Shown: in pieces, positions 35,295-45,564 of the stretch | How the letters are laid out: every line of letters starts with the position of its first letter | Numbering within the stretch: the first letter of the stretch is position 1 | DNA from: an uncultured Acidimicrobiia bacterium | GTDB lineage: Bacteria > Actinomycetota > Acidimicrobiia > Acidimicrobiales > AC-14 | Direction: 5' to 3' | Assembly (NCBI GenBank): GCA_963836205.1 | Contig: CAWIIV010000024.1 | Location: 32,001 to 96,000 of the forward strand | Length of the DNA: 64,000 nucleotides | Position numbers and translations under genes: made by a program | Notes under the pieces: generated by a model | What the model was told of the DNA's origin: nothing | What the model saw: only the letters and a program-made list of their open reading frames with translations | Database searches by the model: none

Positions 35295-36989
35295 TCAAAA
35301 CTTGAAGACGACGAAGAACCCAACTGCGCCGGCCACCAGCACCAGCCCGGCGATGATCCCCACCACCAACCACCACGTGGATGCCGCGCTCCCGCCCGAG
35401 CCGCCGCCCAGCCCGAGGGCCGACTCGCCGTGGCCCGACGCCGAGACGTCGACGATCGTGACCATGCCGGTCATGCCAGTGGAGTCCGCCCCCGCGGCGG
35501 CGCCGCTCATGCTGTGGGTGTCGCCGTCCTTGTGGGAGTGCCCGAAGATGTGGCAGTGGAGCAGCCACTTTCCCGGGTTGGTGAAGGTGGCGATCAGGTC
35601 GAGGGTCTGGCCCGGCGAGATCGTCACCGTGTCCATCCGATCCGGCTCCTTGATGGGGATGCCGTCCTGCGCCACCACCTCGAACGGCGTTCCGTGCAGG
35701 TGGACGGCATGCACCTGGTCGCCGGTGTCGACCACCCGGATACGGATCTTCTGGCCCACCTCCGCCTTCAGCGTCGTCGTCGCGGGGTAGGACTTGCCGT
35801 TGAACGTGAAGCCGAGGTCGGTGTCGCCGATCATCACCCGGTAGTCGTGGTCGGCCTTGAAGTCGCCCTTCTTCGGCACCACCTCGAACATCCCGTAGAG
35901 GCCCTTGCCGATGTGCCGGCCCGACGAGTGGGTGTGGTACCAGTGGGTCCCGGTGGCGACGGCGGTGAACTCGTAGGTGTAGGTCTCCCCGGGCATGATC
36001 GCGGGCTGGGTGATGCCCGGCACCCCGTCCTGGGAGTTGGGTAGCACCATCCCGTGCCAGTGGACCCCGGTGTCGAAGGGCAGGTCGTTCTTGACGACCA
36101 TCCGCACCTTGTCGCCCTCGTCCACCCGGAGGACGGGTCCCGGGATCACCCCGTTGAAGGCGTAGGCCGGCTTCACCACCCCCGGCTCGACCTCCTGCAT
36201 CACCTCCACCATGGCGAGGTCGAAGACTTTGACGTCGCCGACGGTCTGGAACGGGGCGAGGGTCGTCCCGTCGCCGAGGGGTTTGCCGGCCGACTCGAGC
36301 GACGACGACGTCGGGGCCGCGGTGGGGGCCGCGACCGTCGTGGGGGGCACCGACGAGGGGGCCGTGGTGGTCGCGGTCTGGCGGGTGGTGGTGGCAGCCG
36401 GCCGGGGGGCCGAGGGGACGGTCGTGGGCACCACCACCACCTGGGGGAGCGGTTCGCCGTCGAGGCCGAGGGCGAGCACGAGGGGGACTCCCCCGGAGGC
36501 GGCCGCCGGTGCCGCCGGTGCCGGGCTGGCGGCCACGGCTGCGGGGGTGACCGGCGCCGCGGGGGCGGCCGGGGCCGGCGCCGGGCTGGCCGGGAGGAGG
36601 GGGTCGGGCGCGGCCGCCGCCGGCGCCGCGGGGGCGGGTGCGCCGCCTCCGCCGTCCACCACCACCGAGCCGGTCATGAACGTGTGAAGGCGGCAGATGT
36701 AGTTGAACACCCCGGCCTCGCCGAAGGTGAAGGAGTAGGAACCGCCCTGGGAGAACTCGGGCGACGCCATCGGGCCGCCGTGGACGGTGTGGCGGTCGGC
36801 GTCGAAGTTCGTCCACGTGACCGAGTCGCCCACGCCGACGTGGACCTCGGACGGAAGGAACGCCGACCCCCGGATGTCGACGCTCGCCGACGCCGCCGCC
36901 GCCCGACCCACGAACGGCGCCATGCTGGCGATGACCGCGACTGCCGCGGCTGCCGCTGCCGCCCGCCTGCCCCCGATGACCCCGACCAT
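35295..36989 (-). CDS. membrane-anchored two-domain multicopper oxidase with N-terminal cupredoxin
   Basis: HTV..YICRLHTFM; HWHG, WYHTH, HAVHLHG, HCHIFGH; C-terminal TM. Confidence 0.88.
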   Translation of the reverse strand: MVGVIGGRRAAAAAAAVAVIASMAPFVGRAAAASASVDIRGSAFLPSEVHVGVGDSVTWTNFDADRHTVHGGPMASPEFSQGGSYSFTFGEAGVFNYICRLHTFMTGSVVVDGGGGAPAPAAPAAAAPDPLLPASPAPAPAAPAAPVTPAAVAASPAPAAPAAASGGVPLVLALGLDGEPLPQVVVVPTTVPSAPRPAATTTRQTATTTAPSSVPPTTVAAPTAAPTSSSLESAGKPLGDGTTLAPFQTVGDVKVFDLAMVEVMQEVEPGVVKPAYAFNGVIPGPVLRVDEGDKVRMVVKNDLPFDTGVHWHGMVLPNSQDGVPGITQPAIMPGETYTYEFTAVATGTHWYHTHSSGRHIGKGLYGMFEVVPKKGDFKADHDYRVMIGDTDLGFTFNGKSYPATTTLKAEVGQKIRIRVVDTGDQVHAVHLHGTPFEVVAQDGIPIKEPDRMDTVTISPGQTLDLIATFTNPGKWLLHCHIFGHSHKDGDTHSMSGAAAGADSTGMTGMVTIVDVSASGHGESALGLGGGSGGSAASTWWLVVGIIAGLVLVAGAVGFFVVFKF

Positions 36990-37124
36990 GACCCGACCTC
37001 CGTTGGAGTGCCGCCGTGGGCCCGATCTGAACAGAGGCCAATTTCGGACGTTACTTCGGGTGGGTGAAGGACTCGTTAGCAGCCCCGCACCCCGGTCGGC
37101 GGCGGGCTGTGAGCGCCTGTTCTC

Positions 37125-37212
37125 CCTGGTTAACGCAACGTGAACCCCGAATGAGACCCCAAATGACAGTCGAAGAAAGCTCTCATTCAGGTCAAATACA
37201 GGTTCAGGTCAC
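37125..37212. promoter_or_regulatory. AT-richer regulatory region of the copper cluster
   Basis: GAATGAGA/TCTCATTC inverted pair and TTCAGGTCA direct repeat (37186, 37203). Confidence 0.4.
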
Positions 37213-37283
37213 GCAGACGAAAGCTGACAGGGAGATGATCTGATCCGTCCCGGGAGGGCGGACTCGGGGCCGGAGCCCCGGCG

Positions 37284-37661
37284 TCAGCGGGGGCCGCGGA
37301 ACGGCGCCGGCACCTGGCGCACCGGCACCAGGTCGCGCCGGTACTGGCGGTGGACCCGCTCGGCGGTCTCCCGGCTCTCCTGCACCGCCTTGGCCAGCTC
37401 TCGCCGCAGGCGGACGACCTCCTCCTCCAGCTCCATGACCGCCTTGACGCCGGCCAGGTTGAGCCCGGCCTCGGTGAGCTCGTGGATGCGGCGGAGGCGG
37501 GCGATGTCGTACTCGGAGTAGCGGCGGCTGCCCCCTCCGGTGCGGGCCGGATCCAGCAGGCCCCGCCGCTCGTAGATGCGCAGGGTCTGGGGGTGCATCC
37601 CGGCCAGCTCGGCCGCGACCGAGATCACGTAGACGCCCCGTGCCGACCCTGGCTCAGCCAT
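37284..37661 (-). CDS. hspR: heat-shock repressor HspR (MerR family)
   Basis: YVISVAAELAGMHPQTLRIYER, GLNLAGV; last gene of the dnaK operon. Confidence 0.95.
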   Translation of the reverse strand: MAEPGSARGVYVISVAAELAGMHPQTLRIYERRGLLDPARTGGGSRRYSEYDIARLRRIHELTEAGLNLAGVKAVMELEEEVVRLRRELAKAVQESRETAERVHRQYRRDLVPVRQVPAPFRGPR

Positions 37662-37688
37662 GCGTCATCCTCCCGTCGGACGAGGTTG

Positions 37689-38888
37689 TCATACCCCGAG
37701 GTGCGAACGGGGGGATTCCTTGGACGCCAGGGCCAGCGCCTCGATCGCGTCCCGCTCGGCGGTGGACAGGTGGGTGGGGACGGCGACCTCGACGGTGACC
37801 AGCAGGTCGCCCACGCCCTTGGAAACGGGCACGCCCTTGCCCTTGACCCGGAACGTCCGCCCCGACTTGGTGCCGGCCGGGATGCGCACGACCACGGTGC
37901 CGTCGAGGGTGGGGACGGTGACGTCGGCCCCCAGCACCGCCTCGGTGAAGGTGATGGGCACGGTGAGGGTGAGGTCGCGGCCCTTCCGGCCGTACAGGGG
38001 GTGGGGCGCCACGTGGACGGTGACGAACAGGTCGCCGGGCGTGCTGCTGATGCCCCCTGAGCCTCCCTTGCCCTTGAGCCGGATGCGCTGGCCCTCGTCG
38101 ACACCGGCCGGGATGCGGACCTTCACCTGGCGGGGCCGCACCTCCGACCCCGTTCCCCGGCAGGTGGGGCACGGAGTCTCCACCTTCATCCCCCGCCCCC
38201 CGCACTCGGGGCAGGCCCGGCTGAAGGAGAACAGGCCCTGGTTGTCGTCGAGCACGCCCCGTCCCGCGCACCGGGGACACACCACCGGGCTGGTGCCGGG
38301 GGCGGCACCGGTGCCGTGGCAGGTGGAGCAGGTGGCCTCCGACGTGAGGTTGACGGTGGTGGTGACCCCGTTGACAGCGTCGAGGAACGACAGGTGGAGC
38401 TCGGTCTCGTAGTCGTCGCCCCGCCGGGCGCCGGAGGCGGCACCGGACCGGCCCGCGCCCGGGCCCCCCGCGCCCCCGAACGGGCTGCCGCCGGCCCGGC
38501 CCCGTCCGAAGAGGCCCCCGAGCAGGTCGCCGAGGTCGCCGATGTTGTCGCTGTTGAAGCTGAAGCCGCCGGGGGCGCCGGCCCCGCCCGGTCGCCCGGC
38601 GCCGCCGTTGGCCCCGAAGCCGGCACCGGTCATGGGCCCCAACCGGCGCACCTCGTCGTACGACGTGCGCTTCTCGGGGTCGGACAGCACGTCGTAGGCG
38701 GCCGAGATCTCCTTGAACCGCTCGTCCTTGCCGGAGCTCGGGCCGCCGGGATTGGCGTCGGGGTGGAACTGCTTGGCCAGCTTGCGGTAGGCGCGCCGGA
38801 TCTCGGCCTCGGTGGCCGCCTGCGGCACACCCAGGGCCTTGTAATAGTCCTTCTCGAACCATTCGCGCTGCGGCGGGGTGGCGGCCAC
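37689..38888 (-). CDS. dnaJ: chaperone DnaJ
   Basis: J domain HPD, G/F region, four CxxCxGxG. Confidence 0.97.
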   Translation of the reverse strand: MAATPPQREWFEKDYYKALGVPQAATEAEIRRAYRKLAKQFHPDANPGGPSSGKDERFKEISAAYDVLSDPEKRTSYDEVRRLGPMTGAGFGANGGAGRPGGAGAPGGFSFNSDNIGDLGDLLGGLFGRGRAGGSPFGGAGGPGAGRSGAASGARRGDDYETELHLSFLDAVNGVTTTVNLTSEATCSTCHGTGAAPGTSPVVCPRCAGRGVLDDNQGLFSFSRACPECGGRGMKVETPCPTCRGTGSEVRPRQVKVRIPAGVDEGQRIRLKGKGGSGGISSTPGDLFVTVHVAPHPLYGRKGRDLTLTVPITFTEAVLGADVTVPTLDGTVVVRIPAGTKSGRTFRVKGKGVPVSKGVGDLLVTVEVAVPTHLSTAERDAIEALALASKESPRSHLGV

Positions 38889-38901
38889 GGCGGACCTCGG
38901 C

Positions 38902-39456
38902 CTAGCCCTTGACCTTCACCATGGCGGGGCGCACGACGCGGCCCTTCCAGCGGTAGCCGGGGCGGAGGACCGCCGACACCACCTGAGTGCCGTCGCCGTC
39001 TTCGTGGGCCACCGCGTCGGCCTCGTTGGGGTCGAACGCCCGCCCCATGGGGTCGATGCGCTCGAGCCCCTCCTTGGAGAGGACGCCGACCAGGCGGGCG
39101 CCGACCTGCTCGAAGCCCTCGCCGTGGGCCTGGGCCCCGTCGAGGACGTCGAGCACCTCGAGCAGCTTGACGATCAGGCCCTCGTTGGCCCGCTCCAGGT
39201 GCTCGGTCTGCTGCTTGATCATCCGCTTGCGGAAGTTGTCGAAGTCGGCCCGGGTGCGGAGGAGCTGGTCGTAGTAGTCGTCGCGCTCGGCGGCGAGGGT
39301 GTCGAGGTCGCTCATCACCGCCTCGGCCAGCTCGTCACCGAGCTGGTTGTCGGTGGGCGCGGCGCCCCCCGCGTCGGGCGCCGCCGCCGCCGGGGCGGCC
39401 GCCGCCGGCGCGGCCTGGGCCTGATCGACCTGGGGGTCGTCACGCACGTCGCTCAC
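38902..39456 (-). CDS. grpE: nucleotide exchange factor GrpE
   Basis: RADFDNFRKR, FDPNEADAV, PGY..KGRVVRPAMVKV. Confidence 0.95.
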   Translation of the reverse strand: MSDVRDDPQVDQAQAAPAAAAPAAAAPDAGGAAPTDNQLGDELAEAVMSDLDTLAAERDDYYDQLLRTRADFDNFRKRMIKQQTEHLERANEGLIVKLLEVLDVLDGAQAHGEGFEQVGARLVGVLSKEGLERIDPMGRAFDPNEADAVAHEDGDGTQVVSAVLRPGYRWKGRVVRPAMVKVKG

Positions 39457-39481
39457 CTCGTCGCCGTCGTCGGGCCCCAAC

Positions 39482-41350
39482 TCATCGGGCCTCGTCGACG
39501 ATCTCCGCGTCCACAACCTCGTCGTCGTTGGACGCTCCGGCACCGCTGCCGCCGTTGGGCCCGCCGGCACCGGCACCGGCACCGGCACCGTCGGCCGACG
39601 CCGCGGTGGCCTCCGAGTACAGGCGGGCGGACACGGTCTGGGTGACGAGGGCCAGGGCCTCGGTGTCGGCCCGGACCTTGGCCAGGTCGAAGCCCTTGAG
39701 GGAGTCCTTGAGGTGCTTGATGGCCTCCTCCAGGCGCTCCTTCTCGTCGGCCGTGAGGCGCTTGGCCTCGGACTCGTCCTCCCGGATCATGCGCTCCGTT
39801 TGGTACACCATCGTGTCGGCCTGGTTGCGGGCCTCGGCCTCTTCCTTGCGGACCCGGTCCTCCTCGGCGTGGGCCTCGGCGTCGCGGACCATCTGCTGGA
39901 TGTCGTCCTTGCTCAGCGCCGACTGACCGGTGATGGTCATCGACTGCTCCTTGCCCGTGGCCCGGTCCTTGGCCGACACGTGGACGATGCCGTTGGCGTC
40001 GATGTCGAACGTGACCTCGATCTGAGGAATGCCCCGGAGGGCCGGCGGCAGGCCGACGAGCTGGAACTTGCCCAGCGTCTTGTTGTAGCTGGCCATCTCC
40101 CGCTCGCCCTGGAGCACGTGGATCTCCACCGACGGCTGCATGTCCTCGGCGGTGGTGAACACCTCGGTGCGGCGGGTGGGGATCGTGGTGTTGCGCTCGA
40201 TGAGCTTGGTCATGATGCTGCCCCGGGTCTCGATGCCCAGGGACAGGGGGGTGACGTCGAGCAGGAGGACGTCCTTGACGTCGCCCTTGAGCACGCCGGC
40301 CTGGATGGCGGCGCCGACGGCGACGACCTCGTCCGGGTTCACGCCCTTGTGGGCGTCCTTGTTGGTGATCTTGTAGACCAGTTCCTGCACCGCGGGCATG
40401 CGGGTGGAGCCGCCCACGAGGATCACGTGCTCGAGGTCGGCGGCGGTGAGGCCGGCGTCCTTGATGGCCTGCTCGAACGGTCCCCGGCACTGGTCGAGGA
40501 GGTCCTTGGTCATCTCCTGGAACTTGGCCCGGGTGAGCTTGGTGTCGAGGTGGAGCGGCCCCGCGTCGGTGGCGGTGATGAAGGGCAGGTTGATGGTGGT
40601 CTCCTGCACCGTCGACAACTCGATCTTGGCCTTCTCACCCGCCTCCTTGAGGCGCTGGACGGCCATCTTGTCCTTGGACAGGTCGACGCCGTGCTCGTTC
40701 TTGAACGTCTCGACCAGCCAGTCGATCACCCGCTGGTCCCAGTCGTCGCCGCCCAGGTGGGTGTTGCCGCTGGTGGACTTGACCTCGAACACCCCGTCGC
40801 CGATCTCGAGGATCGAGACGTCGAACGTGCCGCCGCCGAGGTCGAAGACGACGATGGTCTGCTCCGCGCCCTCCTTGTCGAGGCCGTAGGCGAGGGCGGC
40901 GGCGGTGGGCTCGTTGATGATGCGCAGGACCTCGAGGCCGGCGATGGCGCCCGCCTCCTTGGTGGCCTGGCGCTGCGAGTCGTCGAAGTAGGCGGGGACG
41001 GTGATGACGGCCTGGGTGACCGACTCGCCCAGGTAGGACTCGGCGTCGCGCTTGAGCTTCTGGAGGATGCGGGCGCTGATCTCCTGGGGGTTGTACTTCT
41101 TGCCGTCGATGTTGACGGACCAGTTGGTGCCCATGTGGCGCTTGACGGAGCGGATGGTGCGGTCGGGGTTGGTGATGGCCTGGCGCTTGGCCACCTCGCC
41201 CACCAGCACCTCGCCGGTCTTGGAGAACCCGACGACGGACGGGGTGGTGCGGCCGCCCTCGGCGTTGGCGATGACGGTGGGCTCGCCCGCCTCCAGCACG
41301 GAGACGACCGAGTTGGTGGTACCGAGGTCGATACCGACGGCCTTGGGCAT
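39482..41350 (-). CDS. dnaK: chaperone DnaK
   Basis: [30 protein letters not shown]. Confidence 0.98.
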   Translation of the reverse strand: MPKAVGIDLGTTNSVVSVLEAGEPTVIANAEGGRTTPSVVGFSKTGEVLVGEVAKRQAITNPDRTIRSVKRHMGTNWSVNIDGKKYNPQEISARILQKLKRDAESYLGESVTQAVITVPAYFDDSQRQATKEAGAIAGLEVLRIINEPTAAALAYGLDKEGAEQTIVVFDLGGGTFDVSILEIGDGVFEVKSTSGNTHLGGDDWDQRVIDWLVETFKNEHGVDLSKDKMAVQRLKEAGEKAKIELSTVQETTINLPFITATDAGPLHLDTKLTRAKFQEMTKDLLDQCRGPFEQAIKDAGLTAADLEHVILVGGSTRMPAVQELVYKITNKDAHKGVNPDEVVAVGAAIQAGVLKGDVKDVLLLDVTPLSLGIETRGSIMTKLIERNTTIPTRRTEVFTTAEDMQPSVEIHVLQGEREMASYNKTLGKFQLVGLPPALRGIPQIEVTFDIDANGIVHVSAKDRATGKEQSMTITGQSALSKDDIQQMVRDAEAHAEEDRVRKEEAEARNQADTMVYQTERMIREDESEAKRLTADEKERLEEAIKHLKDSLKGFDLAKVRADTEALALVTQTVSARLYSEATAASADGAGAGAGAGGPNGGSGAGASNDDEVVDAEIVDEAR

Positions 41351-41403
41351 GAGATCTTTCCTCCCGGAACGTACGGAGTCTGTAAACACCTGACAGTAAC
41401 AAA

Positions 41404-41424
41404 CTTGAGTCAATCCTTATCAAG
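41404..41424. promoter_or_regulatory. HAIR (HspR operator) upstream of dnaK
   Basis: CTTGAGT-N7-TATCAAG. Confidence 0.85.
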
Positions 41425-41506
41425 GGCTGACGGTCGCAGGCTATTCCGGGTGCGGGGCCTAGTTGGGCGCGGCACGCTCGGCCGCGGGATGTCATGCTTC
41501 CCGCTC

Positions 41507-41746
41507 ATGGCCAACATCCGGGTCAAGCTCACCTTCCCCGAGCAGCTCATCAAGCAGCCGCTCCTGGGCCGGCTGGAGCGGATGTTCGAGGTGCTGCCCA
41601 ACATCCGACGGGCCAACATCGAGGACGACTTCGGCTGGATCGTCTGCGAGCTCACCGGCGAGCCCGACTCCGTCGACAAGGCCCTGGCCTGGTTGGAGGA
41701 AGAGGGCGTCGAGGTCAGCCACCTGGGCGACGTGGTCGAGTCCTAG
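41507..41746 (+). CDS. NIL domain protein
   Basis: KLTFP..IKQP, PNIRRANI, GWIVCELTG. Confidence 0.8.
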   Translation: MANIRVKLTFPEQLIKQPLLGRLERMFEVLPNIRRANIEDDFGWIVCELTGEPDSVDKALAWLEEEGVEVSHLGDVVES

Positions 41747-41766
41747 TTTCGGGCTAGACCAACACC

Positions 41767-42426
41767 GTTCTCCGCAAGCTCTTCCTCCTCTTCGTCGTCG
41801 GCGTCGTCGGCCTGCTGGTGGTCGCCGACTTCGCGGCGCGGGGCGTGGCCGAGGACCAGCTGCGGGCGCGGGTGCTCGACCGGATCCGTCCCGCCGATCA
41901 GGAATTTGGCGGGGCGGTGTCGGCGTCGATCTCGTCGTTCCCCTTCCTCGGCCGGCTGCTGGCGTCGGGGACCATCTCCCAGGTCGACGTGTCGGTGCGC
42001 GACCTCACCGTGAGAGGGGTGACGTTCGCGTCGGTCGGCGTGCGCCTGCGGTCGGTGCGCATCGACCGCGACTCGCTGCTGGACGATCGGCGGGTGGCGC
42101 TGGCCAGCATCGGCCGGGGGACGGCGGTGGTCGAGATCACCGGCGCCGAGATCTCCCGGCTGGTGGGCGTGCCGGTGGTGCTGGAGGAGGGCCGGGCCCG
42201 GGCTCGGGTGGGAGGCGTGCTGGTCGACGTGTCGGCCCGGGTGGAGGGCTCGTCGCTGCTCGTGGAGGCGGGGGGCGTGACGCTGCCGGCGATCGAGATC
42301 CCGCCGCTGCCATTGGTGTCGTGCCTCACGGGGACCGAGATCCTTGCCGGCCGAGTCCGCCTCACGTGCGACGTCGACCAGGTGCCGGTGGAGCTGGCCG
42401 GCCGCTCGCTGCAGGTGCAGCTGTAA
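41767..42426 (+). CDS. DUF2993/LmeA-family protein (start uncertain)
   Basis: N-terminal TM, ADFAARGVAEDQL, ISSFPFLGRLL..G.I. Confidence 0.7.
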   Translation, partial: VLRKLFLLFVVGVVGLLVVADFAARGVAEDQLRARVLDRIRPADQEFGGAVSASISSFPFLGRLLASGTISQVDVSVRDLTVRGVTFASVGVRLRSVRIDRDSLLDDRRVALASIGRGTAVVEITGAEISRLVGVPVVLEEGRARARVGGVLVDVSARVEGSSLLVEAGGVTLPAIEIPPLPLVSCLTGTEILAGRVRLTCDVDQVPVELAGRSLQVQL

Positions 42427-42435
42427 GGGGTTCGT

Positions 42436-42930
42436 CTACCAGTCGGCGGTGCCGGTGAGTCCCTTGAACGGGCCGACGACCGCCGTGGTGATCCAGCCGC
42501 CGTAGAAGTTGCCCGGCTGGGCCTGCACCGCCTCGCCGTCGAGGAGGGCGGACTCCACCCGGCCCGGGTAGAAGCCGATGTAGCCGGCCATCGCCTCGTA
42601 GCCGGGCGACGGCTTGTCGTAGGCCCAAGCCGCGTCCTTCGAGCGCTTGGCGCCGACGACGAGGTCGAAGTACCGGGCCTCGCCCTTGTACTCGCAGAAC
42701 GACGTGTTGCCGTTGGGCTCGAGGACGCCCTCGTCGACGCTGTCCGGGGGGACGTAGTAGACGGGCGGGTGGCTGGTCTCCAGGACGCGGAGGGGGGCGT
42801 CGGTGTAGGCGATGGAGCGACCGGCGAAGTAGACCTCCACGTCCTCTTCCACCGCTTCCAGGCGGGGCGGCCGGGGGTAGTCCCAGACGGACTCCTGGCC
42901 GGGGCCGGGGGGGACGGGGTTCGGTTTCAT
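42436..42930 (-). CDS. DUF427 domain protein
   Basis: ESVWDYPRPP, VLETSHPPVYY, CEYKG, FYGGWIT. Confidence 0.9.
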   Translation of the reverse strand: MKPNPVPPGPGQESVWDYPRPPRLEAVEEDVEVYFAGRSIAYTDAPLRVLETSHPPVYYVPPDSVDEGVLEPNGNTSFCEYKGEARYFDLVVGAKRSKDAAWAYDKPSPGYEAMAGYIGFYPGRVESALLDGEAVQAQPGNFYGGWITTAVVGPFKGLTGTADW

Positions 42931-42959
42931 CGGCCACCAGTATCCGGCACGATGGCGGG

Positions 42960-43412
42960 GTGGACGAACACGCGGCGGCGCTGGCCGACGCCATCGAGCA
43001 GGTCCTGCCCGGCTGGGTCGTGCGGTCTGTCGCCACGGTGTTGGCTGCCGCCGGAATGGAGGACGACCAGGCGCTGTCCCACGCCGAGGTGCTGGGCACG
43101 CGAGCCGCGGACGACATCGGCTCGGCCGTGCGTCGGCTCCTGTCCCTCGATATCGACGAGCAGCCGACCACGCCCCTCACGCTGCTGCGCGGAGCCGTGC
43201 TCTACCCGACAGAGATTCTCCGCAACGCGGGCGTTCCGCCGGTGAGGCGCGACGATGTGAAGGTGCGACTCTTCCCGGACGACGTGTACGACCTGTCTCC
43301 GGCCGCCTTCGCCGACGTCGACCCCCGCCTCACCGAGCCGGGCCTGGTGTGGGGCGCGTCGAAGGCGTATGAGCACCTCCGCCGCCACAAGCCCGACAAG
43401 GACGTGAACTGA
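42960..43412 (+). CDS. hypothetical protein
   Basis: Clean ORF (DIDEQPTTPL, VRRDD...FPDDVYDL, WGASKA). Confidence 0.75.
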   Translation: MDEHAAALADAIEQVLPGWVVRSVATVLAAAGMEDDQALSHAEVLGTRAADDIGSAVRRLLSLDIDEQPTTPLTLLRGAVLYPTEILRNAGVPPVRRDDVKVRLFPDDVYDLSPAAFADVDPRLTEPGLVWGASKAYEHLRRHKPDKDVN

Positions 43413-43414
43413 CC

Positions 43415-43711
43415 ATGCGCATCGCCGCCTACGTGCCCGACCTGATGGACCGGTCCAAGGTGGCCGCGGCCGGCGACGTCACCTTCGTCAGCCGGCCGGA
43501 GGGCCTGGCCGGTGTCGAGGCCGACCTGGTGGTCGTCGACCTCATGCGTCCGGGCGTCCTGGAGGCGCTGGCCGGCCTGTCCACCCGCGTGATCGGCTTC
43601 GCCCGCCACACCGAGCCCGCCCTCATGGCCGCGGCCCAGGCCGCCGGCTGCGACGTCGTCCTCTCCCGATCGTCGTTCTTCGCCCAACTCGACGCCCTTC
43701 TGGCCGGCTGA
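43415..43711 (+). CDS. small receiver-like (CheY-like) hypothetical protein
   Basis: DLMDRSK, DLVVVDL, VIGFARH, AGCDVVLSRS. Confidence 0.65.
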   Translation: MRIAAYVPDLMDRSKVAAAGDVTFVSRPEGLAGVEADLVVVDLMRPGVLEALAGLSTRVIGFARHTEPALMAAAQAAGCDVVLSRSSFFAQLDALLAG

Positions 43712-43935
43712 CCTCTCGGCGCCCGGCCCGGCCGCCGACGAGTGTGCAGAAAAGGGTGATTAGTCACCTGGCGCCACCACATGGAAGAGGAACTTCGGTG
43801 AATTCCCCACAAACCCGCAGGTCAGAAGGGGTACGGCGCAAGCATCCTGTCAACATCCCTGGGCGTAAACCGGCTACCATGTAGGGCACTACGACGCCTA
43901 GCAGCACCCTTCCCCCGATCACAAGGGGTCACCGC

Positions 43936-44106
43936 ATGACCGAGCACCGCAGACGGCGAACCGCCGCCCTGACCCCCGAGCAGACCGAGGAACGCTTCGA
44001 CACTGGCGGCCGGTCGTTTATGGACTCGCTTCGGCTGGTGCTCGCTGGTGGGCGTTCTGAGGGACACGAGAGCAAGTCTGACGACGAACCGGAGGCAGAA
44101 AAGTGA
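43936..44106 (+). CDS. 56-aa IS passenger protein
   Basis: MTEHRRRRTAALTPEQTEERF...; SD-like AAGGGG; GTGA overlap with the next ORF. Confidence 0.5.
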   Translation: MTEHRRRRTAALTPEQTEERFDTGGRSFMDSLRLVLAGGRSEGHESKSDDEPEAEK

Positions 44107-44294
44107 GCGACACTGCCACGAAGTGGCTACCTGAGACTGTCAGGGTTACCAGCCGCGAGGAGTCCGAAACATTGCTCGCTAACCCACGGATTCAAGCCGG
44201 ACTAGCTGCCTACTTTGAGAGGTACGAACGGTACGAAGGAAATATCCCGACGATCTCGGGTGAGGAAGTTGACCGTCGCCTCTTTGGCGATTGA
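44103..44294 (+). CDS. putative type II antitoxin
   Basis: 63 aa; ETLLANPRIQAGL...TISGEEV resembles YefM/RelB-type C-terminal region; precedes toxin-like ORF. Confidence 0.5.
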   Translation: MSDTATKWLPETVRVTSREESETLLANPRIQAGLAAYFERYERYEGNIPTISGEEVDRRLFGD

Positions 44295-44303
44295 CCGCTT
44301 CGA

Positions 44304-44597
44304 TTGGCGGAGTTCCTAGAGTTTGACGAGGAGTCACTAGGCGGCTTTGACGAGTGGGTTCGCTCCCTACCGTCTGAACTCCAAGTTGAGGTCCGACGTT
44401 GGCGCCAGTGGGTAACCCTCGAATACAACCGCCACCCCGCTAAACGGTTCGCCTTGTACTGGCGCGGCAATGAACATTTAGAAGCATTAGTCGTTGAACT
44501 TCGAGCAGGGTTCCTACGGACGACCATCGTTTATGCCGTCAACCTCACGCGTGCGACGATCTCCGTTGTGGCGTATGGCTCTGATATCGAACTTTAG
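44304..44597 (+). CDS. putative RelE/ParE-like toxin
   Basis: 97 aa; FDEWVRSL, VELRAG..RTTIVYAV..TISVVAYG layout. Confidence 0.45.
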   Translation: MAEFLEFDEESLGGFDEWVRSLPSELQVEVRRWRQWVTLEYNRHPAKRFALYWRGNEHLEALVVELRAGFLRTTIVYAVNLTRATISVVAYGSDIEL

Positions 44598-45564
44598 CGA
44601 GTCGCCCGGTAGGTCAATCGCCGTCCACCAGCCTGGCTAACCATCTTCTCCATGCGAGCCGTGTCACTGATCTTCCGGGTCGTGTAGCGGAATCGAACTC
44701 TGCGAGGTAGCGGGGCAAGTGTTCGACCGAAACGTGGTGGTGAGTGCCGTCAAGGGACCGCTTCAACTGCGAGAAGTACCCCTCCGCGTGGTTCGTGGTG
44801 ACCGTGCCCCGGACGTACTCCCCGGCGTTGTGGTTGACGCTCTCGTGGGCCGCGAACTCCTGGCCGATCTGGGGATACCAGGCGCCGGAGTCCGTGTGAA
44901 GGGTGGAGGCGGCCATATCGACCTGCTGAGCGATCACCTTGCGGAGCACGGCGCCCGTGACGTTGGGGACCACCGCAGACCGGGCCTCGCCCGTCGTGGT
45001 GTTGATGAGCGAGAGGACGGGCGTCTTGTCCGTGTTCATGTTGCCAGTCACCTTGTCGACCCGAACGGGCGTACTGCTGGCCGATGCGTGGCGGTTGGAG
45101 GGCTTGCCGCCGATCCACGTCTCGTCGGCCACGATCGTTCCGGTCATCGTCTCGGACAACTCGCCCCGCTTCATCGCTTCGCGAATTCGGTGGAGCATGA
45201 ACCATGCCGTCTTGTTGGTGACGCCGAGCGTGCGGTGCAACTCGAAAGCGGCAACGCCGTTCTTACTGGACGCCATCATGTAGAGAGCCATGAGCCACTT
45301 GGACAAAGGAACCTGCGAACGCTCAAAGATGGTTCCGACGAGAACCGAGAATTGCTTGCGGCATTCGGCGCACTTCCACAAACGGCGGTTCGACACCTTG
45401 CCGGTTGACGTACGGCGGGCGCTGGAAAGGAAGTAGGCGTTATCGACCGAGCCACAGTGCGGGCACTCGGGACCGCTGGGCCAACGCATTTCTTCGAGCA
45501 GTTCATAGGCGGCTGACTCATCCGAGAACTTCTTTGAAAGTACCGAGATGTTCAGCTTCTCCAT
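44594..45564 (-). CDS. IS1595 (ISXO2-like) DDE transposase (apparent frameshift ~44692)
   Basis: CPHCGS..CAECRKQFS zinc ribbon, HTH, ADET, HTD, TNHAEGYFSQLKR, YLAEFD/FRY...RRLTY. Confidence 0.93.

Noticed and set aside
37284-41424. Novelty in dnaK operon and HAIR sites
   Set aside because: Canonical actinobacterial HspR regulon
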